This document shows, piece by piece, positions 48,543 to 61,353 of a stretch of DNA of 64,000 nt (its first letter is position 1; each line of letters begins with the position of its first letter). Origin of the DNA: Scenedesmus sp. PABB004 (taxonomy: Eukaryota); contig JABVCE010000003.1 of assembly GCA_014905635.1 (NCBI GenBank), positions 186,001 to 250,000 on the forward strand, read 5' to 3'. A model generated the notes under the pieces. It was not told the origin of the DNA. It did no database searches and worked only from the letters and a program-made list of their open reading frames with translations. A program made the translations under genes and the position numbers.

Positions 48543-49077
48543 GGCGGCGGCGCGCCGCCGCCGCCCCTCTGCCCCTCTGCCGCCGCCGTTGCGGCCCGGC
48601 GCACGCGCACGCGCGCACGCGCCGTCCGCCCACCACCTGCACTGGCCGTTACAGGCCGGCCGTTGCGGCGCGACGCCAACGTCCTCCCGCGCGTGCAGCG
48701 CGCAGCGTGCAACACGCTTCTTCTGCGCCGCAGCGCCCCGCGGCGTGCCTGTGCAGCATCTTGCGCGCAACTTGCAGTGATGTTCAAATGCCGGGTCGGC
48801 CCGGAGCAGGCGAGAGAGAGAAAAAGAGAGAGGTCGGTCAACGTCAATCAGACCAATGTCGAGTGTCGGGGGCCGGCGGGCGACGGCGCGGCGCGGCGCC
48901 GCCACGCACCCGCCGGCGCGTGCGCACGGCGGGCGCGCCGCGCTGCTATGCCGTCGCGTGCGCACGCCCCGGGTGCATGCCGCATTGTGTGTGCTGGCAT
49001 TGCGTGCAAGGCACGGAGGCCTGTGGAAACCCCAGCGCGGCCCGCGGCGCGCAGCTTCCCACGCGTCCGCCCCGCCG

Positions 49078-52000
49078 TCACCGCTGGAAGGCGCCCTGCG
49101 GGGCGGCCTGCTGCGCCGGCGCGCCGCCGCCGGTGGTCACGGTGCGCGCCTGCAGCTCGCCGCGGGGCAGCTCGACCCCAAAGCCGGGCCCCAGCGCGGC
49201 GGGGTGGACGGCGTCGAGCTGCAGGCTGCCCCGCCGGCCGGTCGGCGCCGCGGCGGCGCCGCCAAAGGGCCCGCCCGCGTACGAGTGGCTGCGCCGGTGC
49301 GCCGTGGGCGGCCGCCCGTCGCCCGCCACGTGGCCGCCATGCTCGAGGTGCGCCGGGTGTGCCGCCCAGGTGCCGGGCATGCCCTCAAACGAGCTGACGC
49401 GCGCGTGGCCGCCGCCATGCGCGTCCAGCGCCGCGCCTGGCCAGCCCGGCGCGTGGCCGGCCGCCCCGGCCCAGCCGCCCAGCTGCTGCAGCGGCCCCGA
49501 CAGCTGGTGCTGCAGCGGCACGCCCGGCAGCCAGTGCCGGCCGTCAGCGTCCAGGAAGCCGACGGAGGGAACGCACCCCGCGCTCGCCGAGCGGTGGTGG
49601 CCGCCGCCGGCAAAGCGGTGCCGCGCCGCGGGATTGGCGCCCATGGTGAACTGCACGCCCGCAGCGTCGGGGGGCGCCAGCGGCGCCGCCGCCGCTGCGG
49701 CGGCAGCCGTCGCCGCGGCCACGGCGGCCGCTGCCGCCGCCGCTGCAGCCGCGGCGGCGGCCGCGGCGTCCGAGCCCGCGCCCAGCGCCGGCATCGGCAC
49801 ACCCCCCACGGGGGTCGTCGGAGACGTGTGCGCGTGCCCGCCCGGCCAGCCGCCGCCCGGCCAGCCTGGTCGGCCGGCCTTACCGCTGCCGTCGCTCGCG
49901 CGGTGGTGCCGCGTGCTGGGCGTGAGCCCGCCGAGGCTGCCGGACGAGACGTCGTCGGCAAAGCCCTCGCCACCCACTGGGTCGGAGAACGCGGGCGAGC
50001 CCAGCCCCAGCCGCCCAAACGCCAGCCCGCCGCCGGGCGCCTGCGCCGCGCGGGCGGGCGCGGCGGCGGCTGCCGCGGGGTCCACGCCCCCGCCCGCAGC
50101 GCCGGGAACGGCTGCGCGCTGGCCGCCGGCGCCGCCGCTGCCGCGGGGTCGTGGCCCCGCGCGCCGCCGCCCGGCCCCGCCGCGTCGAGGGGCGAGTCGT
50201 CGAGCAGCGCGGTCAGCATGTCCAGGTCGTCTGCGTTGGCCATCGCCGCGTCCTCCTCGCCCGCCGCGGCCATAGAGTCGAGCAGCAGCTGGTCCGCCGC
50301 GGCGGCCGCTGCCGCCGTGCTGGTGCTGCCGCCGCACGCGCCGGCCGGCTGCCCGCCCGCGCCGGCCCCGCCCGCCGCCGCTGCGGCGGCGGCTGCCGCG
50401 GCGGCCGCTGCCGCCGCTGGCTGGGCTCCAGCTGCGGGTGACAGCTGAGCGTGGGTGGGCGACCGCCCGTGGCCGGGCGGCAGCGGTGGCACGCCGTTGG
50501 CCGCGCCGGGCAGCGCAGCGGCGCCACCGCGCCCAAGCCCAGCGGCGCCGCGGCCGCCGGCGCCTGGCCCCGCTGCCGCGGCTGCGAGCGCGTGCTGCTG
50601 GTGCTGCTGCTGGTGCTGCTGCTGGTGCTGCTGGTGCTGCTGCTGCGCGTGGTGCGCGGGCGCTGCGTAGTGGTGCGGTGAGACGCCGTGGTGGCCGCGA
50701 CCGTCCCAGCCGCCGGCGTAGCCGCCAAACGCCTCGTGCCCCGCCGCCGCCGGCTGCATCAGGCCCGTGCCGAGCGCGGCGCCGCCGTGCCCCCCGTGCG
50801 GGTCGGGCGCCACCTGCGGCAGGCCCAGCGCGCCCTGCAGCTCCAGCAGCTCCGTAAGCAGCAGCTGGTTCTCGGCCGCCGTGTGCGCGACCTGCGTCTG
50901 CATCGAAACCACCTGCGGGGCAAAACGGGCCGCCAGCGCGGGGCTGAGCCGCCCCGCCCGCGCTGCTGCGGCTGCTGCCGGCGCCGGCGGGCGCCGCAGC
51001 GCGCCGCCGGGCGCGCCCCAGCCGCCCCGGGCACGCGCCTGCTCCTCGAGCGCAGTGCGCGACGCCAGCAGCGCGGCGCCCTGGCCCTGCAGCGCGTCGA
51101 GGCTCGCGCGCAGCGCGTCCACCTCGGCGCCCAGGCCCTGCAGCTTGCCCTCCAGCTGCATCGTGTACGTCGTGCGCCGCTCCTTGCTGCGCGCCGCGCT
51201 CTGGCGGTTGGCCAGGATGCGCTTCACGCGCTTGGGGTCCAGCATCAGCAGGTCGCTCTCGCTGCGGCCGTTGTAGCCGCCGCGCCGCGCGCCGCCGCGC
51301 CCGCCGCGCCCGCCGCCCGACGAGCGGCGCCGGCGCGGCGTCGCGGCGCCGCCGTCGCTGTCGGCGTCGTAGTCGTCGTCGTCGTCCCTGGCGGGCGGGG
51401 CGGGGCGGGGCGGGGGTGAGCAGCAGGGCGGGCAAGGGCTGGGCAGGGCCGGGCGCGCGAGCAGGGACAGGGCGGGGCGGGCGACGGCCGCGGTGCGGTC
51501 CGGCGAGGCTGCGCGCGCTGCCCCCGCGCGCGCACCGGTCGGTGCCGCCCCCGCGGCCGTCGTCCGCCTCGTCAACCGCCGGCAGCGCGGGCGTGAAGCT
51601 GTGCTTGTGCTCGTGTGCGTCGGCCTTGGCGGCGCGGCCGTTGCCGCCGACGGCCGCGTGCGCGCGCTTGCTGCCGGCCGACGGCGGCGCGGGCGCCCCG
51701 CCCGGCCACGCCGCGGCGGCGGCCCCGGCCCCGGCGGGGTGTTGCGCCGCCGCCGCCACCGCCGCCGCTGCTGCCGCTGCCGCCACGGCGGGGTCGGCGC
51801 CGAGCTGCTGCTGCGCGTCGTGCAGCTGCAGCGACTGCATGAACTGCGACGCGCAGCTGCTGTCCAGCGACACGGTGGGGGCGGGGGCGCGCTGCCCCGC
51901 GGCCGCCTGCGCGGCAGCAGCGAGCAGCAGCAGCGGCAGCAGCGGCGTCGCACGAAGCGGGCCGCCGCGGGAGGGCGGCGCCGGGCCCGCTCCCGCCCGC

Positions 52001-52231
52001 GCCGCTGCGTCGGCCGCGCCCCGAGCGGCGGAAGCCAGCCAAGCGCACCTCATCAGGTGCCACCGCCCAGGCTATGCTGCTGCTGCTTTCGCCCTCGCTC
52101 CGCGACCTGCGCGAGCGCAGAGCGTCGGCGCGTGCGCCAGCGCTGCGGCCAGAAGCCAGGGGCCGACCGCCGCGGTGGCGCTGCGTTGCGGGCCCTCACC
52201 GCCTGTGGTGGGCGCCAGGTGCCGAGGCCAT
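49078..52231 (-). CDS. Group I (VIP1/RF2/PosF21-like) bZIP transcription factor; 3' part needs an intron or indel near 50050-50110
   Basis: MASAPGAHHRR/SRSE..; LDPKRVKRILANRQSAARSKERRTTYTMQLEGKLQGL..; several HxRxxS motifs. Confidence 0.85.
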
Positions 52232-52872
52232 CGCCGCGCGCGCGCCGCGCCGAACGCACGACACCGGGGGCCACCGGCGTCAGCTGGGTGCCATCCCAGC
52301 ACACCCTGGGCGAGCCCGCGGGCCCTGGCGGGGCGTGGCCCGCGCGCGCGAGCCTGCGACGCGTTCCTCAGGGCCCGTCGTCACACACGCTCGGCGGCGC
52401 GCGGTCACGGATGCCGTGATGTCGTGGATCGGGCCGGTCGAGTGCGCCGGCGGCACGGCGGCGGCACGGCGGGGCGACGGCGGGGCGACGGCGGCACGGC
52501 GGCACACCGCGCGATGCCGCCGCGGCGGCTGTGACGACGGTCGTGCGTGCCGGCGCCTCATGGATGGTGGAGGGGAGCTCACCGCGGCAGCGGCGTGGTT
52601 GACCGCCGCCGCCGGCTGCGGAGCCGGCGCGCTGGCGCCAGCCGCGGCCGCGCCCCCCCAGACGCCCCGCGACCGGGGCGGCGAGTCCCTCGAGCTCACG
52701 GCCGACTCGGAGGCGCTGCGAATTAGTTCAGGAGCGCTCGCGATGATGCTGGGCATGTGCCGTCGCGCGGCGGCTGCCGCTCCCTGGAAGCGCCGGCCGC
52801 GCCTCCTCAGTCCCCAATTGTCTTCCCAGCCCTAGCCGTAGCTCCCACGGCACTGCGCCGCGCACCGGAACC

Positions 52873-55287
52873 ATGACGCGTATTATCGTGGTAGCGTTGA
52901 TGGCGATCGCCCTCGCGGCCTGCGCGCGCGCCGCGCCCGCGAGCGTGACTGAGCTCTCCCTCATCGGCTTCATCGACGGCAGTGGTGGCATTACGACCGG
53001 CACCGAGCAGGCGAGCGTGCCGCGCGCCCTGCCCAGCAGGCTGGCGGCGCCGCGGTGCCGAGCCCCCTGCCCCGCCGCCCTCGCCCGCAGGTCACACTCG
53101 ACGCCGAGCGCCGTGTGGCATACCTGGTCGGCGGCGACCAGCTCTACGCGGTGGGCGTCGACATCGGCGCGGGCGAGCTCGCGGCGCCGGCGCCTGGCGG
53201 CCGGGCGCTGCCGCTCCTCTTCGCGCAGACCCTGCCCGCGACCATCACCGACGTGTCTCTCTGCGGCGACTTTGTCGCCGTCGCGACCGAGGGGCCGACC
53301 AAGACGGCGCCAGGCGTGGTCCACCTGCTGGGGCGCTACGCGGCGGGCGCGACTGCGCTGCCCGTCGTCACGACCTTCACCGTCGGTGCGCGGCGCCGGC
53401 CGGCGCGGCGCGCGCCCCGCCGCGCAGCTCAGCACGGCGCGGCGCTCAAGGCCCCGCCCGGCCGCGCTCACGGCCCCGCCGCGCCGCGCCGCCCAGGCGC
53501 GCTGCCGGACCAGATCCAGTGGTCGCGCGCCTGCGACCTGCTGGTGTCGGCCAACGAGGGCGAGCCCGACGGATATGGCGCGGGGTTCACCGACCCCGAG
53601 GTGGGCGCGCGCGCGCGCAGCCTGCCCCGCCCCGCGCCGCCCGGCCCCGCCGCGGCGCCGCCCACTGCCCACCGCCCGCCGCCGCCCGCCGCCACCACCG
53701 CGCCGCGCGACCAGGGCTCTGTGAGCATCATCAGCCTGACCTACTGCGCCGAGGGCAAGGCCGAGGCGTGCGGCGGCGGCCGCGTCGCGGGCACCGTGCG
53801 CACCGCGACGTTTGGCGCCTGGAACGACCGCCGCGACCTGCTGGTCAAGCGCGGCGTCAAGCTCAACGGCCCCGGCGCGAGCGTCGCGCAGGACCTGGAG
53901 CCCGAGTTTGCGACCTTCTCCGCCGACGAGCGCACGATCTTCGTTTCGCTGCAGGCACGGGAGGGAGGGCCAGCGGGCCGGCCCGCCGCCGGCGCGCGCG
54001 GCGCGGGCGGCGCGCGCGGCGCGGCCGACTGACTCCCTCCCTCCCCCGCCCCCTGTGCGCGCGCGCAGGAGGCCAACGCCATCGCGGTCGTGGACGTGGC
54101 GCGCGCCGAGGTGGTCAACATCCTGGGCCTGGGCATGAAGAACCACAGCGCCCCCGGCAACGCGCTCGACACGAGCGACAAGGACGGCGCCGTCAACATC
54201 AAGCCCTGGCCGCTGCTCGGGCTGTACCAGCCCGATGAGATCGCGGCCTTCTCCGACGGCGGGCGGGAATTCATCGTCACCGCCAACGAGGGCGACGCGC
54301 GCGACTGGGACGGTGCGGCGCGCGCGCGCGTGCGGGGCGGGGCGGGGCGGGGCGGGGCGGGCGCGCGGCCCAGCACAGCGCGGCGCGGCCGACCGCGCGG
54401 CCGCCGCCGGCGCCGCTGGCCGTGCGGCGCGCAGGCTTTGCGGAGGAGGAGCGCGTGGCGGACATCGCCGACAAGCTCGACGCGACGGCCTTCCCCAACG
54501 CGGCCGAGCTCGCGGCCGAGGCGGCACTCGGCCGCATCAACGTCGTGGGCGTGCCGGGCGAGCTCAACGACGCCAACGGCGACGGCAAGTTTGACCGCCT
54601 GGTGTCGTTCGGCGCGCGCAGCTTTTCCGTTTTCCAGGTCATGCGCGCCGGCAAGTCTGGCGTGGCGTCGCTTAAGCGCGTGTTTGACAGCCGCTCGCAG
54701 CTGGAGGAGCTCTCCGCCGCGCGGCTCCCCGCGCTCTTCAACAGCGACGGCACCGCCGAGGCGTTCGACTCGCGCTCCGACAACAAGGGCCCCGAGCCGG
54801 AGGGCCTCGCGCTCGGCACGGCCGACCACCCCGCCGGCCTCGCGACCCGGCGCTGCCTCTTCCTGACCACCGAGCGCCTCAGCGCCGTGTTTGTCGTCGA
54901 CCTCACCACCCCCGAGCGCCCCCGCTTCAACAGCCTCGCCATGCCGCCCGCGGGCGCCGACGGCGCGCTGCGCCTGCGCGGCCCCGAGGGCATCACCTAC
55001 GCGCGGTGCGCGCCGCCGCCGCGCTGGGCCGCACTGGGCCCCGCGCGCCCGCCCCGCCCGACCGCGCTCGGCCCGCGCGCTGCGTGCTGCGTGCGCGGCC
55101 GCCGCCGCGCGCCGCGCCCGAGCCGCCGCGCCGCCGCGCCGCGCCACGCCGCGCCGCGCCGCCGCGCAGCTACCCGGTGAGCGCCAAGGTGAGCGTGCCG
55201 CTCGTGCTGGTCGCGTACGAGGCGGAGGGCGCGTCGGGGATGGCCGTCTTCCTGGTCCAGAACCGCAAGAAGGCCGGCGGCAACTAG
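52873..55287 (+). CDS. Secreted choice-of-anchor-I / MSP130-like beta-propeller (bacterial atypical alkaline-phosphatase-associated family), 7 exons
   Basis: Signal peptide MTRIIVVALMAIALAACARA; VGALPD; ANEGEPD..DPE/GSVSII; SVAQDLEPE..VSLQ/EANAIAVVD; LDTSDKDG; GLYQPDEIA..TANEGDARD; FGARSFS; FDSRSDNKGPEPEG; GPEG. Confidence 0.88.
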
Positions 55288-55947
55288 GCGGCAAACCCAA
55301 TTGCCGCCGGCAAACCCAACACCCCAACAGCAACCCAGTGCGCAACGTCTGCGTGGTGATGTCCGTTTGATCAAGAAGAACCAACGCCGGTGTCGGTACC
55401 TCCCCGCGGCGGGCGCCGCCTGCACAGCACGCCGCCACCGTCGCACGCATGTGCACCGTGATCTCGTCGTGATCCAAAACGCGACCACTGCCTGCGGGCC
55501 CCAACTAAATCAGCGAGCTCGCCGCACTGCGCTGTGCGAGCATGAGCGGGAGCGATGTGTCTGCCCTGCTACTTTACGCCGGCCGCTAGTTTGCGTGCCG
55601 CGCGCCTTCCAACCCAGTGATCTGCCCTCGCTGTACAGTCGTAACTCAGATTGCCGGCGCGTGACCAGCCTGCTGCGCGACGCGCGCGCGCGCGATCGTC
55701 GTTCGTTACTCGCGCGCGCGCCGCGAAAGCTTCAGTGTCCCCCCCCCCACCCGGCATCAGCCCGCCGCCCGCCTGCCTACAGCCCAGCGCCCCCGCAGTG
55801 CTCGGCCCGCCCGCCGCCCGCGCCGCGCCCCCGTGCCCCGCCCGGCCCCCGAGCCGCCGCCCGGCCCCGCGCCGCGCCGCCGCGCCGCCGCGCGGCCGCC
55901 CGCCGCGCCGCAGCGCCGCGCGCGCCGCGCCGCCGCCCGCCGCGCCG

Positions 55948-57604
55948 TCAGTCGGCCTTGACCGCGGCAAAGATGGCGTACACAAACGCGAAGCTCGCGG
56001 CAAAGCCGACCGTGCCCATCGCTGTGTAGAGGCCGAGGCACATGATGGCCATGTAGCTGAGGTAGGTCAGCACGGGCAGGAAGCCCGCGAGGTTGTGCAG
56101 GCTGCTGCCGAGGAAGCCGACCGCGTAGAGCGCGACGTAGAACGCCACGCTGCCGCCGCGGTAAAAGCTCTGCCACCTGCGCGGCGCCGCGGGTGCGTGG
56201 GCGGCGTGGGCGCGCGGCCGCGGCGGCGGCGGCGGCGGGGAGGGGCGGCCGAGCGACCGCGGCGGCGGCGGCGGCGGCGGCGCGCGCGCGCGCGAGAGAG
56301 GGAGAGAGAGCGCGCCAGCGTCGCGCACCACCAGGTGTAGTCCTCTGCGCAGAGCTGCACGTAGGTGCAGAGCACCGCGATCTCGCAGTTGATGATGATC
56401 GTGAGCAGGCCGATGAGGAAGACAAAGCCAAAGAGGTAGTAGAAGTAGCCGAGCCAGAGGCTGGTCATGGCAAAGTAGAGCTCGATGAACATCGTGCCAA
56501 ACGGCAGGATGCCTGGCGCGGTGCGTCAACGTGGTGGGAGGGCGGGGCAGCGGCGGGCGGCGGCGGGGCGGCGGCGGGGTGGGCGAGAGGGGTGGGCGAG
56601 AGAGAGGGGTGGGCGGGCGAGAGGGGTGGGCGAGAGAGAGGGGTGGGCGAGAGAGAGGGGTGGGCGAGGGGGGCGGCGGCGGGCAGCGGCGGCGCGGCAG
56701 GGAGGGGCGCGGCGCGGGGCGCACCCGCGGAGAAGAAGAGGAGCACTGGGTGCGCGACGAGCGGGGGCGGCGGGATCTGGCGGGGGATCTGGTTGGTCTT
56801 GACGGGGAAGGTGAGCAGCGGCAGGCGCGTGGCCATGTAGCCGCCCACAAACGTGAGCGGGACGGACACGAGGAACCAGATGGCCACAATCGTAAAGTAG
56901 ATGCCCGCAGGCACCGCGCCGAGGCTGCCCGTGTGCTGCGCGGCGGGGGGGGGGGGGGGGGACGGCCGGGCGGCAGCGGGTCAACGCAGGCGCGGCGCGG
57001 GCCATGGCGCGGCACGCGGCGCGGCACGCGGGTGCGTGCAGGTGCGCGGCGGGCGGGTGCGCGGCGGGCGCGGCGCACCTTGAGTGCGATGTTGAGCACC
57101 GTGAAGATGAGCATGACCAGGCCCGGCACGAAGAGCGCGGTGTGCAGCGCGACGCCGACCCAGCCCTCGTACGTGCGCTCCATCACGCCCCACAGCGCGA
57201 CCGCGGAGCCGCCCGCGACAAAGGAGAGCAGCACAAAGAGGATGATGGTCGTCGTCAGCAGCGCGCCGCGCGACGCGGGGCTCAGGAAGCCGAGTGTCGC
57301 GAGCAGCAGCGTCGCGAGCGACACGAGCAGCGTCTGCACGCCGCTGCCCACCTGCGCGCGGCGGGACCGGGCGCGCGGCGGCGGCGCGTCGGCGGCGGCG
57401 GCGGGCGCGCGGCCGCGCTGCGCTGCGGCGCGCGCTGGCGGCGCGGGTTGGCCGCGCTGCGCTGCGGCGCGGGCGGCTCACGTGCATGGCCATGGACCGG
57501 CTGCTGGCGGGCGCGCGGAACGCGTCGCCGGTGAGCAGCTTCCACCCGGCCTCGTCCTTCATGTCCGACGCGCCGTCCACCATCAGCTGCGCGCGGACGC
57601 GGAC

Positions 57605-57644
<40 letters not shown>

Positions 57645-58376
57645 GTCAGGCCAGCCGCGCGCACGCGGCGGGCGCGCCGCGCCACCGCCCGCCCTCGCGC
57701 CGCCACCGCCGCGCCGCCCCGCTGCCGCCGCTGCCGACGCCCGCGCCGCGTGCCGGCCCTGGCGCCGCCGCCTCACCTGCTCGTACTTGGCGAGGTCGCG
57801 GCGCACGGTGCGGATGAGGATCATGGCGACCAGCGTGGCCATGACGAGGACGATGAGGATGCTGTTCATTATGCTGAACCAGTGCACCTGGCCGACACCC
57901 CCGGCCCCAGGCGGGCGGCGGGCGCGTGTGGGCGTGGGCGGTGTGTGGACGGGTGGTGTGTGGGTGGGCGTGGGTGTGTGGGTGCGCATGTGGATGCGCG
58001 CGCGGCGTGCGCGCGCGGCGGGCGGCGGGCGGGCGGCGGCCCGCGGCCAGGTGCCGCACCTTGCCGCCGGGCATGCGCAGGTACGAGTCCCAGCGACTCG
58101 CCCACTTGATGTCGCTGACCTGCCAGTACACGTCGTAGGTGTACACGATCTTCTCGCCCTCCTTGACCTCCTGCGCCGGCGGCAGCCGGTCGCTGCCGTC
58201 GCAGATGATGTTCTCGATCGGCTTGCCCGCCACGCGCTTCAGCGAGCAGGGCGAGACCTCAAAGCCGACGATCATGTACATCGTCGCGCCCACGCCGCCT
58301 GCGCCGGCGCGGCGCGGGCGAGCGCGGTCACACGCGGGGCGGCCGCCACGGCGGCCCCCGCCCGCCCGCCCGCCCG

Positions 58377-58423
<47 letters not shown>

Positions 58424-60013
58424 GACCTGCTGCACCTGCCGACCGCCGCCGCCTGCTGCCGCCGCACCCCGCCGCCTGCTGCCGCTGCACGCCGCCGCCG
58501 CCTGCCGCCGCCTCCTCCCGTCGCCCTCCCCGCCGCGCGCGCACCTGCGTCCTGCTGCAGCGCGCGGCCGCCGCGCCCGGCCGCCGCGTCGGCGGCGTCC
58601 AGCTGCTCCGCCGGCATGCCCGCGTCCAGCAGCTGCTTGCGGGTGAGCAGGCGGCGCCGCGCGTCGATGTTCTCCAGCACCGCCGCGTCCTTGTAGCCCT
58701 GCCGCGCGCGCATGTACTCGCCGTGCGTGGGGTGCACGAGGATGTTGAACTGCAGGTGGTTCTTGATGTAAAACTTGCCGCCCTCCTCAAAGCCCAGCTC
58801 AAAGCCGGGGCGCACAAAGTCCTGGTCCTGCGGGCGCGCGGCGCGCGCGGGCGAGCGCGTGGGCGCGCGCGGCGTCGCTGCTGCTGCTGGCGCGGCGGCG
58901 CTCCAAGGCAGCCGCCGCCGGCCGCCTGGCGCTCTCCGGCCGCTGCCGGCGCTCCTGCTGCCCCTGCTCCTGCTCCTGCTGCTGCTGCGGTTTCTGGCCC
59001 CGAGTGCGCTGCGGGCCGCGCCGCGCCGCACCGCATCGAGCAGGTCCTGCGCTGTGACGGGCAGGTTGTCGAGCACCATGTTGATGCGGTACTTGTCGGT
59101 GATGAGCTGCTTGTACTTCTGCACACGGCAACACCAGCAGCGCCGCCGACGCGGCAGCGGGCGACGCGGGTGAGCCAGCGGCGCGCGCGGCGGCGGCGGT
59201 TGGCGGCGCGGCGGTTGCGCGGCGGGCGGGCGCGCGCGCCGGACCTTGACGTCGTCCTTGCTGAGGGGGCCGTAGAAGCCGTCCTTGGGGCAGGCGTTCT
59301 TGCCCTTCTCTTGTTTCTGCGCGGCGCGCGCGCGCAGGGGGCGCGGGTGCGCGGGCGCGCCCGCCGGCGCCGCCGCCGCTGCTGCGCGACCGCGCTGTCC
59401 GCGCCGCGCCGCGGCCGCCGCGCCCCTGCGCGCGCGGGCGCCGCCGCACCATGATGGTGAAGTTGTAGGGCGACGTCTCGAGGCGGATGCCCATGATGAC
59501 GGTCCCCAGGTTGGCGGCGTTGCCCGCGCGGCGCACGCCCTCCGGCGGCTGGCAAAACGGCATCGTGTAGTAGTCATACGGGATGTCCGTCTCGAAAGAG
59601 GTCAAGCTGTTCACTTGGGCTGCGGTGGGCGCGCCGCGGGGCCGGCGTTGGCGCGTGCGCGCGCCCCCCGGGGCGGCGCAGCAGCTGGGCGGCATTCTGC
59701 CCCGCCCCGGGCGCTGCCGGCCGCCAGGCCGCCCACGCCCGCGCGTGCAGGTCGGCGGGGTGCCACTGCAGCCGCACGGCCAGCTGCTGCGCCGGCCGGG
59801 GGCTCGCCGGGGGCGCTGCGCCCGAAAACGAGCGCATCGATGGCCAGACAGTTATGGCTCCCTCGCGGGCCGCCCGCGCGCGGGCGCACCTTGGATCACA
59901 GCGTCCGGCAGAAACTCCTGCGGGTAGGTGCCGGGCACGTAGTACGCGCCCGCGCACGCCAGGCTCGCCAGCAGGCCCGCGAGGGCCAGGAGGGCGACGC
60001 GGGGGCGCGCCAT
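55948..60013 (-). CDS. TM9SF: Transmembrane 9 superfamily protein (EMP70/TMN), multi-exon
   Basis: Signal peptide then AYYVPGTYP; IPYDYYTMPFC; YRINMVLDNLPV; IKWASRWDSYL; VHWFSIMNS; GWKLLTGDAFRAP; PVKTNQIPRQIP; GILPFGTMFIEL; LCAEDYTW/WQSF; C-terminal VKAD*. Confidence 0.96.
56576..56668. repeat. Intronic minisatellite (GGGGTGGGCGAGA[GA]n), ~6 units
   Basis: Direct read within a TM9SF intron. Confidence 0.8.
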
Positions 60014-60325
60014 GGTGGCGACTGGGCCTGGCCAGCTCTGTCGGGGCCGCTGGACGGGCCGCAGCGCGCTGCGGGGCCGGGGTGCTGTTCTGCCCGCGCG
60101 TCTCAGGGCGCTGCTGTCCAGCGCTGGACTCTTGTCCGCCCATTCCTCGGCCGACCAACCGCCCGACACGCCCCGGTCACACACGCAGCTGCGTGTGCCG
60201 CGCGAACACCGACGCCGCCGCGTCTGTGGTCGGCGCCGCGCTGCTGCCGACGCCGCTGCGCCCAGGGGGCACAGCCAGCCGCCGCGCCACAGCCGCGTCT
60301 GCGGGGCAGCACCGGGGGGCGCAGC

Positions 60326-61353
60326 ATGGCGCTCGCCGCTGCAGCAGGTGGCGTCGCTGCAGCAGCGGGCCGTGGCGCGCTGCTGCCGCGGCCGGTCCCG
60401 CAGGCGCTGCAGCGGCCGCGCGCCCCCACACCGCGGCGCCCTGGCCCCGCAGCAGCGGTGGCAGCAGCGGCAGCAGCGGCAGAAGCGGCAGCAGCAGCGG
60501 CAGCAGCAGCGGCAGCAGCGGCGGCGCGTCGCGGCGCGCGGCCGCGCCGCCGCGCGCCGGCGGCGACCGCCCCGGCAGCAGCAGCGCCGGCGGCGGGCGG
60601 CCCGCCAACAGCGGCGGCGGCGGCGGGCCGCCCGGCGGGCCGGGCGGCGGCGGCGGCGGCCCGCGGCGCAGCAAGCCGGAGCGCAAGGCGCGCAAGCCGG
60701 GGCTGTTTGAGATCAAGGTCATGACCCCCCCGCCGAAAAGCCTTGGCATCTACGGTGGGTGGGCGCGCTGCGTGGGGGCCTCCCCCCCCCCCCCCACACA
60801 CACACACACACACGCCACACACCCGCCGCCGCCGCCACACAACCGCGACGTCAAAGCGCTGCCGCCCAACACGCACAACGGGGAGGAGATCGAGATCGAC
60901 GGCGCGGGCTACGTGGTCACGAGCCTCGTCCTGAAGTACCGGGCGAGTGGCGGCGCGCGGGCGGCCCGGGCGGCTCGGGCGGGCACCGGCGCGGCGGCGC
61001 GCGCGCGGCGCTGCGCTGACGCCAGCGCGGCGGCGCGCGCGCGCGCGCAGCTGCACAAGGGCCGGTACGTGCGCGACCACTCGCGGCTGGAGGTGCAGCC
61101 GACGAGCCGGTTCTTTTTGAACATTATGCTCGACAGCGTGAGCGCCGCGGCCCCACGCAGCGCGCGCGCGGCCCGGGCGGGGGCGGGGACGGGGGCCGGC
61201 GCGGCGCGGCGGCGGGCGCGCGGCCCCTAGCAGCGCGCGCGCGGCCCGCGGCGCCCGCGCCGCCGCCGAGCGGCCCGCCCGCCCGCGCGCCGCCGCTGAC
61301 AGCTCATCCACGGGACCTACGTCGGACCCGCCGACTACGGCGCCCAGGACTGA
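60326..61353 (+). CDS. Conserved green-lineage protein of unknown function, probably plastid-targeted
   Basis: LFEIKVMTPPPKSLGIY/ALPPNTHNGEEIEIDGAGYVVTSLVLKYR/LHKGRYVRDHSRLEVQPTSRFFLNIMLDS/LIHG..* resembles a small plant/cyanobacterial family (recalled, not searched). Confidence 0.75.

Noticed and set aside
58378..58422. (CAG)~15 poly-Q expansion in TM9SF
   Set aside because: It lies within an intron, and CAG runs are common throughout the window.
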